A stretch of 64,000 bases of DNA, from contig JAFGSA010000024.1 in assembly GCA_016934855.1 (NCBI GenBank), positions 44,472 to 108,471 on the forward strand, read 5' to 3'. The position numbers and the translations under genes were made by a program. A model generated the notes under the pieces. It saw nothing but the letters and a program-made list of their open reading frames with translations. It ran no database searches and was not told where the DNA came from. Below are positions 27,099-36,857 of the stretch, piece by piece; the first letter of the stretch is position 1, and every line of letters begins with the position of its first letter. The stretch is from Elusimicrobiota bacterium. GTDB lineage: Bacteria > CG03 > SLGR01 > JAFGSA01.

Positions 27099-28348
27099 AA
27101 TTGAGCGGCTTCCTCCAAATTGGCCGCTGAGACCGACAACAACATCGGAATAACTACAGGAAAATACGATATATAACTTCCGGTAATGCACATTATCAGT
27201 ACTGCCGCAAATATCATAACCGAAGTAGAATAAAGCACAGATTCATCTTTTTTCTCTTTTCTCAGTATTATATAACTGCGTATACATCTGCCGATTATGG
27301 CCAGTGACAGGGATATGAACACGGCCAGCGATACCATCCCTCCGGTTCCGAGCAATTCAATGTAATAATTGTCCTTGGCGCTGGCGCCGGCGTAACCTAC
27401 CCCGATCAGTTTTCCGAGATATTCCCTTTTATCAAATTCATCCTTTATCGCTTCATCCCAGCACTCCGCTCTCCTGTTCAGCCCCCTGACGATAAGAGGG
27501 TTTTCCTTTTTCATGGTCAGTTTATACTGAATTCTCTTGTTTATTTTTCCCGGGATCAGGATATATGTTAAAACCAGTGCAGCTAAAATGCACAGCCCGG
27601 CATTTACCGCGTACTTTTTTCCGAAGTTTTTCGCCGCAAAATATAGTACCGCCGGCAAGACTATAAAAAAAGCGCCTATCGAAGTAAAAGATATGGACAC
27701 AAGCATCCCTGCGGCAAGCAATATTATCCATAACCCATACTTTTTAAAAACATCCCTTCCAAATCCCATAAGCATGATTACGGAAACCGCCATGTATGAA
27801 CCGAACGTATTGCCGCTCTCGGGCCAGAACGAGACAGCTTTAAGGTGTGTAGCGTATGTCCAGAGCCGTCTTGATTTGTTAATTATATGATAATACCTGT
27901 CTGCGATGTCCCAGAACATGTTAATCTCGACAGCCTGGCCGAGACCTAATAAAACGGCTATTGCTGCGCCGTACAGGTATGCCCTGGATATCCCGCGAAA
28001 GCTTTCGTAATTTCTCATTAATTTATTAATTATCACAATAAAAATTATCATCTGGAAATACTTCAACCCCATTGTAACACTGTACAGCGGAACTCCGCTG
28101 TTAAAAATAAAAGAAGATGCGGTGGGGAAGAAAGACGCCGTAAAAAAGAGAGCCATAAACAGCTTTTCATTCAAATTCAGTGACAGCTTATTTTTGTAAG
28201 TCAGGACAACCATAATAAATATGATAAAAAATATTATATTATCCGGACCGATCTTACTGCTGAACAGCTTGATATTAATATGGTCTATCATCGGAAGCAT
28301 CACCATATAGATAAGCATTAGTTTATATGAAAGCTTTTTCATCATCAT
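27095..28348 (-). CDS. Wzy-like polysaccharide polymerase / O-antigen ligase-like membrane protein
   Basis: Polytopic; IGVGY...DNYYIELLGTGG; paralog of 14325..15686. Confidence 0.7.
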   Translation of the reverse strand: MMMKKLSYKLMLIYMVMLPMIDHINIKLFSSKIGPDNIIFFIIFIMVVLTYKNKLSLNLNEKLFMALFFTASFFPTASSFIFNSGVPLYSVTMGLKYFQMIIFIVIINKLMRNYESFRGISRAYLYGAAIAVLLGLGQAVEINMFWDIADRYYHIINKSRRLWTYATHLKAVSFWPESGNTFGSYMAVSVIMLMGFGRDVFKKYGLWIILLAAGMLVSISFTSIGAFFIVLPAVLYFAAKNFGKKYAVNAGLCILAALVLTYILIPGKINKRIQYKLTMKKENPLIVRGLNRRAECWDEAIKDEFDKREYLGKLIGVGYAGASAKDNYYIELLGTGGMVSLAVFISLSLAIIGRCIRSYIILRKEKKDESVLYSTSVMIFAAVLIMCITGSYISYFPVVIPMLLSVSAANLEEAAQL

Positions 28349-29460
28349 TCCGAATATACAGACTCGATTTTATCAGATAACTTTTCCCACGTAAATCTGC
28401 CCCTGTCTTCTACTTTTATTCCTTCTCTTTCATCCGTTAATTCTGTTACAGCGCGGGCGATGCTTTTTCCGCTTACTTCCTTGATAAGCTTTACACCCTT
28501 TATATCATCTATAATATCTAGCGCGGGCGTACTATTCGCTATCACTTTAAGCCCTGCCATTATATAGTCGAATATCTTGTTTGGTGCGCACAGGTAGCTG
28601 TTTATATCCTTATTGTCGTAAAACGCCATTGCTATATCTCCTATACACAGGGTCTGCAACATATCTGCGGGCCTTACCTTGCCGTACATAAACACCCTTT
28701 TTCCCAGTCCGTAGCGTTCAGCCATATCCTTCATTTCCTTCTCGTAACTTCCCAGGGAAAACCCGATCAGGACCAGAATATATGCCTCGGCAAGGTATTT
28801 TAACGCCTCTATCATGTCTTCTATATAGCGCTTGCTGCTTATAAGGCCCTGATAGATGATGACTTTTTTATCTTCGAATCCCAGCCTCTTTTTTTCCCGG
28901 AGCCCTTTTTCCCGGTCTATTTTCGTATATTCGGGAAAATTATTTATAACCAAGGGAACTTTATCCAGCCCGTATTTCCTGCGAAGATATTCCGCTCTGT
29001 TTTTTTCCGGTACTATGATATGATCCGCCCGCTTAATTGCAAACCTTTCGAGTATACCCCATATCAGCCTGTTTGATTTCTTCATCTGCTTTTCGGGGAA
29101 CAATTCATGCGCGTCATATATGTATTTTACGCTTTTCCACTTTTTAAGAAAATATACAGTTATGAACGTATTAAGATCGTTAAAATGACAATATCCCGGC
29201 CGGCTTTCTTTTATCTTACGCGCGGCAGCGAGACAGAATCCTATGTTACACCATAACATCTTTAAAACATTTCCGGGAAGCTTTCTGTTGTTTATTACCA
29301 GATCGACTATCTCCAGCCCTTCCTGGCTGTACGAGGAAGGCTCCCAGCTCCACGTTATAAGCTTGACCCTGAAACCCCGTTTCACCAGGCTCCTTATGAA
29401 TTTCTGGACCCTTGCATCGTAATTTACATTTCCTTTAAGCAGCATTATAACGCTTTTCAT
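28345..29460 (-). CDS. Glycosyltransferase family 4
   Basis: DARVQK, YDAHELFPE, APNKIFDYIMAGL. Start moved to 29460 (ATGA overlap). Confidence 0.88.
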   Translation of the reverse strand: MKSVIMLLKGNVNYDARVQKFIRSLVKRGFRVKLITWSWEPSSYSQEGLEIVDLVINNRKLPGNVLKMLWCNIGFCLAAARKIKESRPGYCHFNDLNTFITVYFLKKWKSVKYIYDAHELFPEKQMKKSNRLIWGILERFAIKRADHIIVPEKNRAEYLRRKYGLDKVPLVINNFPEYTKIDREKGLREKKRLGFEDKKVIIYQGLISSKRYIEDMIEALKYLAEAYILVLIGFSLGSYEKEMKDMAERYGLGKRVFMYGKVRPADMLQTLCIGDIAMAFYDNKDINSYLCAPNKIFDYIMAGLKVIANSTPALDIIDDIKGVKLIKEVSGKSIARAVTELTDEREGIKVEDRGRFTWEKLSDKIESVYSE

Positions 29461-31466
29461 ATATCGGCACCAGCACACATATCAAAATGCGCTTCATAGG
29501 GCAATTCCGATTCTACTTCCGCAAAATACCTGCCGGTTATTACCTTCGCCCCGTATTCACCGGAATATTCTATCTTATCTTCCCGCAATGCCAGGGCCGT
29601 TACGATCTTGAGTCCTTTGCCGGGCGACTCCGGAGGCCGCACAAATGACCACTGCAGCTTATGCCTGCCGGACCCTTCGAACACGTCGGATATATAAAGG
29701 TGCCCGTTTTGTCTATCGAGTCTGATCTTTCTGCGGTGTTCTACCGGCCCGTTGAGCCTGCAGAAACCCTTGTGTTTTCCTTCGAAGATATCTTCTGCGC
29801 TTTTGCTTTCCCAATTAAGGCATTTAGCCATGGAATCATCGCTCATTTTGAACAGATATTTACTATCGATCCTGTTCTGCTCTTCATTATCTATCATTAC
29901 CGTATTATGATATTCCGTGCCCCTGAACCTGTTCCTTTGCTCCGGTTCCGGTGTATAGACATAACTCCCGGGATCTACCAGTAGGTCCTTGCCGTTGACG
30001 CATAATTCGAAACTCAGCTTATCGTTATGCGCGTGCCCTCCGTTACCTGACTGACCGTTGGGACCGCATGATATTAGACAATAATTCTTCTTACTGCGCA
30101 TAACGTACCAGCCGGCATCACAGAAATTCCGGGAGCCTATATTCTCAAGAAGATTCCAACTCAATGAATTCCATATATTTATCCCTTCATTCCCATAAAC
30201 AAGGAATATTTCTGAAATATCCAGGCTTGCCCGGAAGTATTCCCTGATCTTCCATCTCTCTTCGCGGAAGAACACCGCCCCCAGAGAAAGAAGATAACGC
30301 ATATCCAGCACGTCCCTGGCATAGAATCTCAACAACTGCCCTGAATCATTATCTCCTATCTGAGGCATATTCCCGTTTGGTTTTAACAGATACATCACTG
30401 CCTCAAACATATTACGCGTACATGCCATATATTTCTTCCCGAATATGTTTTCCGCCAGACATACATGGTTTTTCCCGTCATAATCCGCATGATTTATAAC
30501 GCAAATGAGCATTGAAAAAAAGAATATCTCCAGAACCAGCCGGTGGTAGCAGGTCGATGCTTCGAAATCGCATCCGTCTTCGTATACCTGTTTTATTATC
30601 TCTTTTTTCAGTTCGTTTACTCCGAAATCCTTCCACTTCCCCGCTTCTTTAAGCTCGGGAAGCAGGGTCCCCAGGAAAATAAGCCCCGCAAGGTCCGCAA
30701 TATAATGATTCGAATTTACTCCGCCTGCCCGGCGCTCGAGATTATTCATGATGAACCGTCCGTGTTCCAGGCAGCTTTTCACAAACAGCGCTGCGAATTC
30801 ATGGGTCAAACGGCCGGACCGGCTGAAATAATAGTAAGCGTTCAGCCAGTTTACCGCCCGGATAGCTGTATCCATGGTACATCTCCAGTTTACACCGTAT
30901 CCCGCAGGGTTTTCCCTTATCCATGATCCGACCTGGCTCATAAATTCTTCTGCGTACCGTTCATCGCCGTTTACCGCATAAGCCTGCCCGAGCACCGCGA
31001 GATGCTGAAACCTGGATAATTCCCACGGCACCTTTACATCTGTCCCGCGGATATTACCGTACTCTATGTCAAAATAGTATTTCCCGGGCTCCCACCTGTA
31101 CCCCGAGTTATGATCCTTATGCCAGTCAATTTCGCCGGGAAGATTATATTCTTTCCCCAGGATCCGGAAATCATGCCTTACGACCTTATCGGCATCAGCT
31201 GTCACGCAGTCCGTGATTTCCGGCGGCAATTCGATATTCTTGCCTTGTATATTTTTCACGCTGGTCCTTGCGGAACTCCTGAAATACCTGCCTACAGATT
31301 CCATATTATCTAAATCCAGCCCGGCTTTAAAGCCGCTTTTAATAAACTTTTCGTCGGTGATATGGGCTCCGAACAAATGCGGATTCATCCTGAACAGCAA
31401 CCTTTTCGATTCACGCACGGCTTTCCCTGTTTTGGCTGAAATCAGCTTATATATGCCGGAACCCAT
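29457..31466 (-). CDS. Heparinase II/III family protein (alginate-lyase-like N-domain)
   Basis: DVKVPWELSRFQHL, NHY, EASTCYHRL, IGDNDSG, GHAHNDKLSFEL, DPGSYVY, HNTV. Confidence 0.92.
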   Translation of the reverse strand: MGSGIYKLISAKTGKAVRESKRLLFRMNPHLFGAHITDEKFIKSGFKAGLDLDNMESVGRYFRSSARTSVKNIQGKNIELPPEITDCVTADADKVVRHDFRILGKEYNLPGEIDWHKDHNSGYRWEPGKYYFDIEYGNIRGTDVKVPWELSRFQHLAVLGQAYAVNGDERYAEEFMSQVGSWIRENPAGYGVNWRCTMDTAIRAVNWLNAYYYFSRSGRLTHEFAALFVKSCLEHGRFIMNNLERRAGGVNSNHYIADLAGLIFLGTLLPELKEAGKWKDFGVNELKKEIIKQVYEDGCDFEASTCYHRLVLEIFFFSMLICVINHADYDGKNHVCLAENIFGKKYMACTRNMFEAVMYLLKPNGNMPQIGDNDSGQLLRFYARDVLDMRYLLSLGAVFFREERWKIREYFRASLDISEIFLVYGNEGINIWNSLSWNLLENIGSRNFCDAGWYVMRSKKNYCLISCGPNGQSGNGGHAHNDKLSFELCVNGKDLLVDPGSYVYTPEPEQRNRFRGTEYHNTVMIDNEEQNRIDSKYLFKMSDDSMAKCLNWESKSAEDIFEGKHKGFCRLNGPVEHRRKIRLDRQNGHLYISDVFEGSGRHKLQWSFVRPPESPGKGLKIVTALALREDKIEYSGEYGAKVITGRYFAEVESELPYEAHFDMCAGADI

Positions 31467-32670
31467 ACTGCTTCATCCCGCCTAATATTTTTTTCGCGTT
31501 TCCATCCCAGGTATATTTACTGATAGCAATTTCTCTTGCCCGCTTACCCAGGCGCTCCCTGAGTCCGGCATCCTCAGCAAGCCTTAAAATACCCCGGACC
31601 AGCTCTTCCACGTTACCGGGCTCGACAAGAAGGGCAGTCTCGTTATCTTCAAGCACATCGCCTATCTGACCCAGCCTGCTCGCTACTATGCCTTTTCCCA
31701 TGGCCATATATTCAAAAAGCTTGGTGGGAGACCCGAAGAACTCCCTCCCGTCGGGATGGGGGTTATGCGGAGACATGAGTATATCGCAGACCGCAAGATA
31801 ATCCGTTATCTCCGTGTAGGGGATCTCACCGGTAAATGTTACTTTATCATAGGACTGCAGTTTTTTCACCATGTCTTTTTTAAGGTCGCCGTCGCCGATA
31901 ATAAGAAAATGCACCTTTCCTGAAAGTCTGTTTTTCGATATCGTCTCTATGGCCTCGGTAAGCTGGGGGATTCCGTGCCAGGGGCCGAAAGTTCCCGTAA
32001 ATCCGGCCACTATGCATCCGTTTTCTATTCCAAGTTTTTCCTTAAGTCTGCGGATTTTTTCCGGATCGGTATTCTCCGGGCTGAATTTAGCGGTATCGAC
32101 GCCGTTAGGCACTACCAGTATCTTTTTTTCCGGTATGCCCATGTCTATAAGGTCCTTTCTCAATACCTCCGATACGGTAACGATCATATCAGCATTTTTC
32201 AGGTTATACCTTTCTATTATCTTCACTATGCCGTATTTAACCGTGTTCCTGCATATCTGCTTGATGATGCCGATATTTACCGACCAGTGTTTTATCTTCC
32301 AGCTGTCAAAACTGTTGAATTCCAGTATCAGCGGAATTCCCATTTCTCTGGCCAGCCGCACAACGAAATATGTCAGCCCCCGGTACCTGTGATATATGAC
32401 ATCCGGACCGTATTCCTTTATCAACGAGCGGTATCTCCTGCAGGAATAAATATTGTAAAACAGCTCCCCGAGCGGTTTTTTGAATTTAGGCTTGATCAGC
32501 ACTGTTTTATCATCAAGTCCCAGAAGCCTATCATTGCTGAATACTTTTACCGCGCAGCCGGCATTTTCAAACCCGCGGATCATGCCCTGAGTATGCCCCA
32601 CGGATCCGCCTGCTTTTAAATTGAAACTGAACTGCGTCCTTATATATGCTATTCTCTTTCCTTTTTCCAT
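31447..32670 (-). CDS. Glycosyltransferase family 4
   Basis: PNGVD, GTFGPWHG, FFGSPTKLFEYMAMGKGIVAS. Confidence 0.92.
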   Translation of the reverse strand: MEKGKRIAYIRTQFSFNLKAGGSVGHTQGMIRGFENAGCAVKVFSNDRLLGLDDKTVLIKPKFKKPLGELFYNIYSCRRYRSLIKEYGPDVIYHRYRGLTYFVVRLAREMGIPLILEFNSFDSWKIKHWSVNIGIIKQICRNTVKYGIVKIIERYNLKNADMIVTVSEVLRKDLIDMGIPEKKILVVPNGVDTAKFSPENTDPEKIRRLKEKLGIENGCIVAGFTGTFGPWHGIPQLTEAIETISKNRLSGKVHFLIIGDGDLKKDMVKKLQSYDKVTFTGEIPYTEITDYLAVCDILMSPHNPHPDGREFFGSPTKLFEYMAMGKGIVASRLGQIGDVLEDNETALLVEPGNVEELVRGILRLAEDAGLRERLGKRAREIAISKYTWDGNAKKILGGMKQYGFRHI

Positions 32671-32676
32671 TTTCTT

Positions 32677-34110
32677 TTACGCTTTCCCTTTTCGTGCAAT
32701 TTCACGGATTGTATTCCGCTGCGAGACGAACACCCGCAGCATGTAAAGCGAAGCTATACATACCATTATAAATTTCATAGTCAGCGCCGTACCGAAACGA
32801 AGAGTCGGAGAGACAAGGAAAAATACGACACAGCCGGCCATGAGAATTATAACCGGCAGCAGTTTCCCCCAGTCATAAGGGATAAAGTAATCTCTTTTTG
32901 CCAGCTTGTATTTTACTGCAGTAAAAACGGCGAAAGATATCGCCGTCGCGTAAGCGGCGCCGTACATGCCGTATTTCGGGATCAGCAGGAAGTTGAGGAT
33001 TATATTCATAACTGCGCTTCCCACACCCATGGAAGCGAATATTTTTGTCCTTTTTGCCTGTATGAAATAAAGATTCACTATTCCACCTGCCTCGTTAAAA
33101 AGGTACGCGAGTACTATCAGCGGGATTATCCTGTATGCCTCGTAATACCCGGGGTTCCTTGCCAGTAGATATGTCATCTCTTTGGCGAATAAAGCTACAC
33201 CGAAGAAAAGAAAGATGGTTACGAACTGGTACACCGTATTTGCATTATACAGCACTTTAGTATTTTCCGGCCCTTCGCTGGCTTTCTTGAGAAAATACGG
33301 GCTGTACGCGGTCCATGCCGCTGCCATTATAAAAAGGGGGATACTGGCGAGCTTGTAACCGAAAGAGTATACACCCACTTCCTTTAAACTGAAAAACCGT
33401 TCTATGAATATCCTGTCCGACCAGTTCAATACCCAGCCGGATGCCACCAGGGGTATGAGCGGCAGGCTGAAATGGAGCGCACTTTTTGCCATATCCATGT
33501 TAAATCTGAATGTCGCGTTCCTTATCAGCACCGAGCTCCATACGAATATAAAGATGAATTTTGTTACCATCAGCGAAGAAAGCACACCGACAGCGCCCAT
33601 TTTATACTTTACGACAAAAAGGACGGTCAGTGCTGTAGATATGACAAAACTGAAGAAATTTATGGACAGGAACCTGCTGCCCTGTTCCGTTACTATGTAG
33701 TAAGCCCTCGGCACGTTAGAAAATACCGCGAAATATTCTGTCAGCAGCGCTATGGCAAAATAAGGATAAAACGGGATGGATTTAAAAGACATCGCCACAT
33801 ATTTACCAAAAACGAAGAAACATAAAATGAAAAGTGAAGAAACCACGAAAACTGATATAGCCATGGTGCCTATGAATTCTTTCTTCTCTTCATCGGTCTT
33901 GTAATCGAAGTACAGCCTGTTTATAGATCTGGCCAGCGAAAGAGTGATTACGACCATCAATATGTTCCGCAGTATGTTCATCGAATTAGTTATACCGTAT
34001 TCGGCCGGTGAAAGGTATTTAGTTATAATGGGCAGCAGGATGAATCCAACTGTCCTGGGCAGGACATTGCCCAGTGTATAATATATGGAATTTTTGATCA
34101 CTTTCGCCAT
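32677..34110 (-). CDS. wzx: Wzx-type polysaccharide flippase
   Basis: LLPIITKYLSPAEYG, SDRIFI...VGVYSFGY, LNFLLIPKYGMYGAAYAT. Confidence 0.9.
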   Translation of the reverse strand: MAKVIKNSIYYTLGNVLPRTVGFILLPIITKYLSPAEYGITNSMNILRNILMVVITLSLARSINRLYFDYKTDEEKKEFIGTMAISVFVVSSLFILCFFVFGKYVAMSFKSIPFYPYFAIALLTEYFAVFSNVPRAYYIVTEQGSRFLSINFFSFVISTALTVLFVVKYKMGAVGVLSSLMVTKFIFIFVWSSVLIRNATFRFNMDMAKSALHFSLPLIPLVASGWVLNWSDRIFIERFFSLKEVGVYSFGYKLASIPLFIMAAAWTAYSPYFLKKASEGPENTKVLYNANTVYQFVTIFLFFGVALFAKEMTYLLARNPGYYEAYRIIPLIVLAYLFNEAGGIVNLYFIQAKRTKIFASMGVGSAVMNIILNFLLIPKYGMYGAAYATAISFAVFTAVKYKLAKRDYFIPYDWGKLLPVIILMAGCVVFFLVSPTLRFGTALTMKFIMVCIASLYMLRVFVSQRNTIREIARKGKA

Positions 34111-34113
34111 TAT

Positions 34114-35511
34114 CTATTTCGGATACTTTGCTTTTTCCCCTGAAAACACCAGTTGATTGAAATTCTCGAAATAATACCGCAGCATCTTCTTGTGATCCTG
34201 CGAGAAATTCAGACAGGATTCATACATTAATGCATCCGTTCTGGGAATCTCTGAGCCTATCAGCTTCTCCCTGACACAGGTGTCATACAGGGTACACCCC
34301 ATGTAGGGCGCAAACACAGCGATACTGATGCTGTCCGGTTCGCATTCCCGGTTTACGGATATCGTCTTTTTAATATGCTCTTCGGTTTCGTGAGGGAACC
34401 CTATTATATTGTTCGCAGTCGTCCTTATCCCGGCTTCACGGCACCATTTAAATACCTGTTTCAGTTTTTCGTTTGTATAGCTGCGGTTCAGCATTGTCCG
34501 GCGGAACTCTTCATCTCCGCTCTCTATCCCGATACTGACGGAAACACAGCCGGCCTCCTTCAACAGCGCCAGTTTTTCCGGGCTTACCGTTTCGACGCGT
34601 GTCTGAGTCATAAAAGGCAGATTCACAGATGCCTTCCATTTTCCGGAGAATTCCTCCAGGTCAGGCTGATTCAGAAAATTTTCATCGCAGAACGAGACAA
34701 GGGTAAGGCCGTACTGCTTTTTTATCAAACTGACCTCATCTATAAGCTGGTCTATGCTGCGGCGGCGCATACGCCCTTTTTTCCCGTACAGGCCGTTTAT
34801 CTGCCTATTGGCGCAGAAAGTGCATCCGTAAGGGCATCCCCTGGTAAGTTCGAAATATCCCGTCTTCCAGGTCTTCCCTATAAAAGGCCGCCACAGATGC
34901 TCTTCGTCGAAAATAGAATAATCATGAGGGGGCAGTTTTTTGAGCTCTACGGGTGATATGACAGGATTCGCTATAAACTCACCGCCGGAAATATATGCCA
35001 TATTCGGAACATCATGAGGATTCCCATTCCGGGCTATACTATCTGCGAGATCTACTATTGCTTTCTCCCCTTCTCCTATGATGACAGCATCTATTTCCAT
35101 ATCTTTCAATAAAAATTCGGGCGTCAGCGTCGGCATTATCCCGCCTGCCACGACGAGCGCCTTCGTGTGCTGTTTTATTCCCTTCAGCAGAGACCTGGTA
35201 AAATGGAAATTATCCTGGAGAAGACTTATACATATCATGTCCGGTCCGAATTCCCTGATCTTCTTTACGAAATCCTCATGCACATCCGTGCTCTCATAAC
35301 GCCGGTAATGAGACGCCATATCCACTTTTATTACAAAACCGAGTTCCTCCCTCCTGTCGTTATCCGTATCGGTCTTCTGGTAGAACGTCGCATCGAACAG
35401 TTCTACGGTATGCCCTTTCTTTTTTAAACATGCAGAAAGTATGGAAATACCGAGAGGGATCCGTCTTATACCGCTCACATTAGGATATACAAACAGTACT
35501 TTTGTCTTCAT
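34114..35511 (-). CDS. Cobalamin-dependent radical SAM protein (class B methyltransferase-like)
   Basis: N-terminal B12-binding domain (PLGI, GGIMPT, GEGE); RGCPYGCTFC; GIESG. Confidence 0.9.
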   Translation of the reverse strand: MKTKVLFVYPNVSGIRRIPLGISILSACLKKKGHTVELFDATFYQKTDTDNDRREELGFVIKVDMASHYRRYESTDVHEDFVKKIREFGPDMICISLLQDNFHFTRSLLKGIKQHTKALVVAGGIMPTLTPEFLLKDMEIDAVIIGEGEKAIVDLADSIARNGNPHDVPNMAYISGGEFIANPVISPVELKKLPPHDYSIFDEEHLWRPFIGKTWKTGYFELTRGCPYGCTFCANRQINGLYGKKGRMRRRSIDQLIDEVSLIKKQYGLTLVSFCDENFLNQPDLEEFSGKWKASVNLPFMTQTRVETVSPEKLALLKEAGCVSVSIGIESGDEEFRRTMLNRSYTNEKLKQVFKWCREAGIRTTANNIIGFPHETEEHIKKTISVNRECEPDSISIAVFAPYMGCTLYDTCVREKLIGSEIPRTDALMYESCLNFSQDHKKMLRYYFENFNQLVFSGEKAKYPK

Positions 35512-36857
35512 GTGATTTCTCTTTCCGGTCTAATCGGCTTCCATTTACAAAGCTGCCTGGAATAATGCTCTTTTAGATCTTCGACTAATTCATCATAGTA
35601 TCTCAGAAAATATTCCGCAGGCATTTCAGTCAGGTTAACAGCCATCGAGTATATGTTCTTGTGTTTCTGATAAAAATCTTCATCGTCCCTGATAAGACCC
35701 CTGGAAAGCGCGTATTTATATATCTCGGTCCCGGGATACGGGGTGCAGAAAAACGGCACTCTCCACTGAAAATCTCCCCATGCCAGCTCTTTCAGCAGCT
35801 CGAAGGTCTTTTTCATGCTCTCTTCAGTCTCCCCTATATTTCCCACCATGCAGGGGTATTCCATGAAGATGCCTGCCCTGCGTCCAGTTTCGATGGCCTT
35901 CCTGGTCTGCTCGACTGTGGTTCTCTTGTTCATACGGTCGAGCATTTCCTGGTCGCCGGATTCAAGGCCGACATTAAGCGTTCTGCAGCCCGCCCCATAG
36001 AGCATTTTGACAAGTTCCGGCGTGACGACATCGGCCCTGGTAGTTGCCGAAAAAGTGATATTTATATCGGCTTTTTTCAGCGCCTCGCAGAATTGACCGA
36101 TCCTCTTCTTGTTAAGAGCGAAGTTCTCATCCATGAAATTGACCGTATTTACTCCGTAATTTTCTATCAGGTAGAGCAGTTTTTCGATAACAGCGTCAAT
36201 TTCCTGGTACCTGGGTTTTGAAACGTTGTAGCAGAAATTACAGCTGAATGGACATCCGCGCGAAGTATCAACATCGGCTACTATGCTGCCTTCGTCCTGC
36301 GGGTAAAAATACTGCGCTGTCAAGCGCGGCATCGGAAACAGGTCATAAGCAGGCATGAGTAATCCGCTCAAATCGTCTATTATCTCTCCTTCGCCCGTAT
36401 CCGATATCTGGCCGTCCTCATTCCTGTAAACTATACCCTCCACATCCGATATCGAGCCTGGATCGTTCTCGATGCAATCCATAAGGTTTGTTACGGTCAG
36501 TTCGGCTTCTCCTTTTACCGCGATGTCAGCGCCGGTCTTCCTGAGTGCGAATTCAGGCTGCGTAGTTGCAAGAATGCCTCCGAGCACGACTTTAGCATCG
36601 CCACGGATAGCTCTTATATTGCGCACCATCTCTATCGCCAGGTCTATCTCCGGATACATGGCCGTGATGCCGAAGACCTGAGCTTGTGATTCGTATATTC
36701 TCTTGAAGATATGCCCCGGATCGTAATGGAGGGTTTCGCAGGCCATTATATCAACTTCATGACCGGCTTTCACCAGGTACGAAGCAATATAACCCAGACC
36801 CAGCGGCATATGGGATTTTCCCCTCTTTGTATCGAGATAAATCAGCTGAATTTTCAT
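35508..36857 (-). CDS. Cobalamin-dependent radical SAM protein
   Basis: PLGLGYIASYL, GEAE, SRGCPFSCNFC, GLESG, TPYPGT. Confidence 0.9.
   Translation of the reverse strand: MKIQLIYLDTKRGKSHMPLGLGYIASYLVKAGHEVDIMACETLHYDPGHIFKRIYESQAQVFGITAMYPEIDLAIEMVRNIRAIRGDAKVVLGGILATTQPEFALRKTGADIAVKGEAELTVTNLMDCIENDPGSISDVEGIVYRNEDGQISDTGEGEIIDDLSGLLMPAYDLFPMPRLTAQYFYPQDEGSIVADVDTSRGCPFSCNFCYNVSKPRYQEIDAVIEKLLYLIENYGVNTVNFMDENFALNKKRIGQFCEALKKADINITFSATTRADVVTPELVKMLYGAGCRTLNVGLESGDQEMLDRMNKRTTVEQTRKAIETGRRAGIFMEYPCMVGNIGETEESMKKTFELLKELAWGDFQWRVPFFCTPYPGTEIYKYALSRGLIRDDEDFYQKHKNIYSMAVNLTEMPAEYFLRYYDELVEDLKEHYSRQLCKWKPIRPEREIT

Noticed and set aside
21875-36857. Fosfomycin or other phosphonate antibiotic cluster
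   Set aside because: No Fom4 epoxidase, FomD, FomA/FomB resistance kinases or drug exporter is recognisable; the context is wzx, wzy and GT genes.
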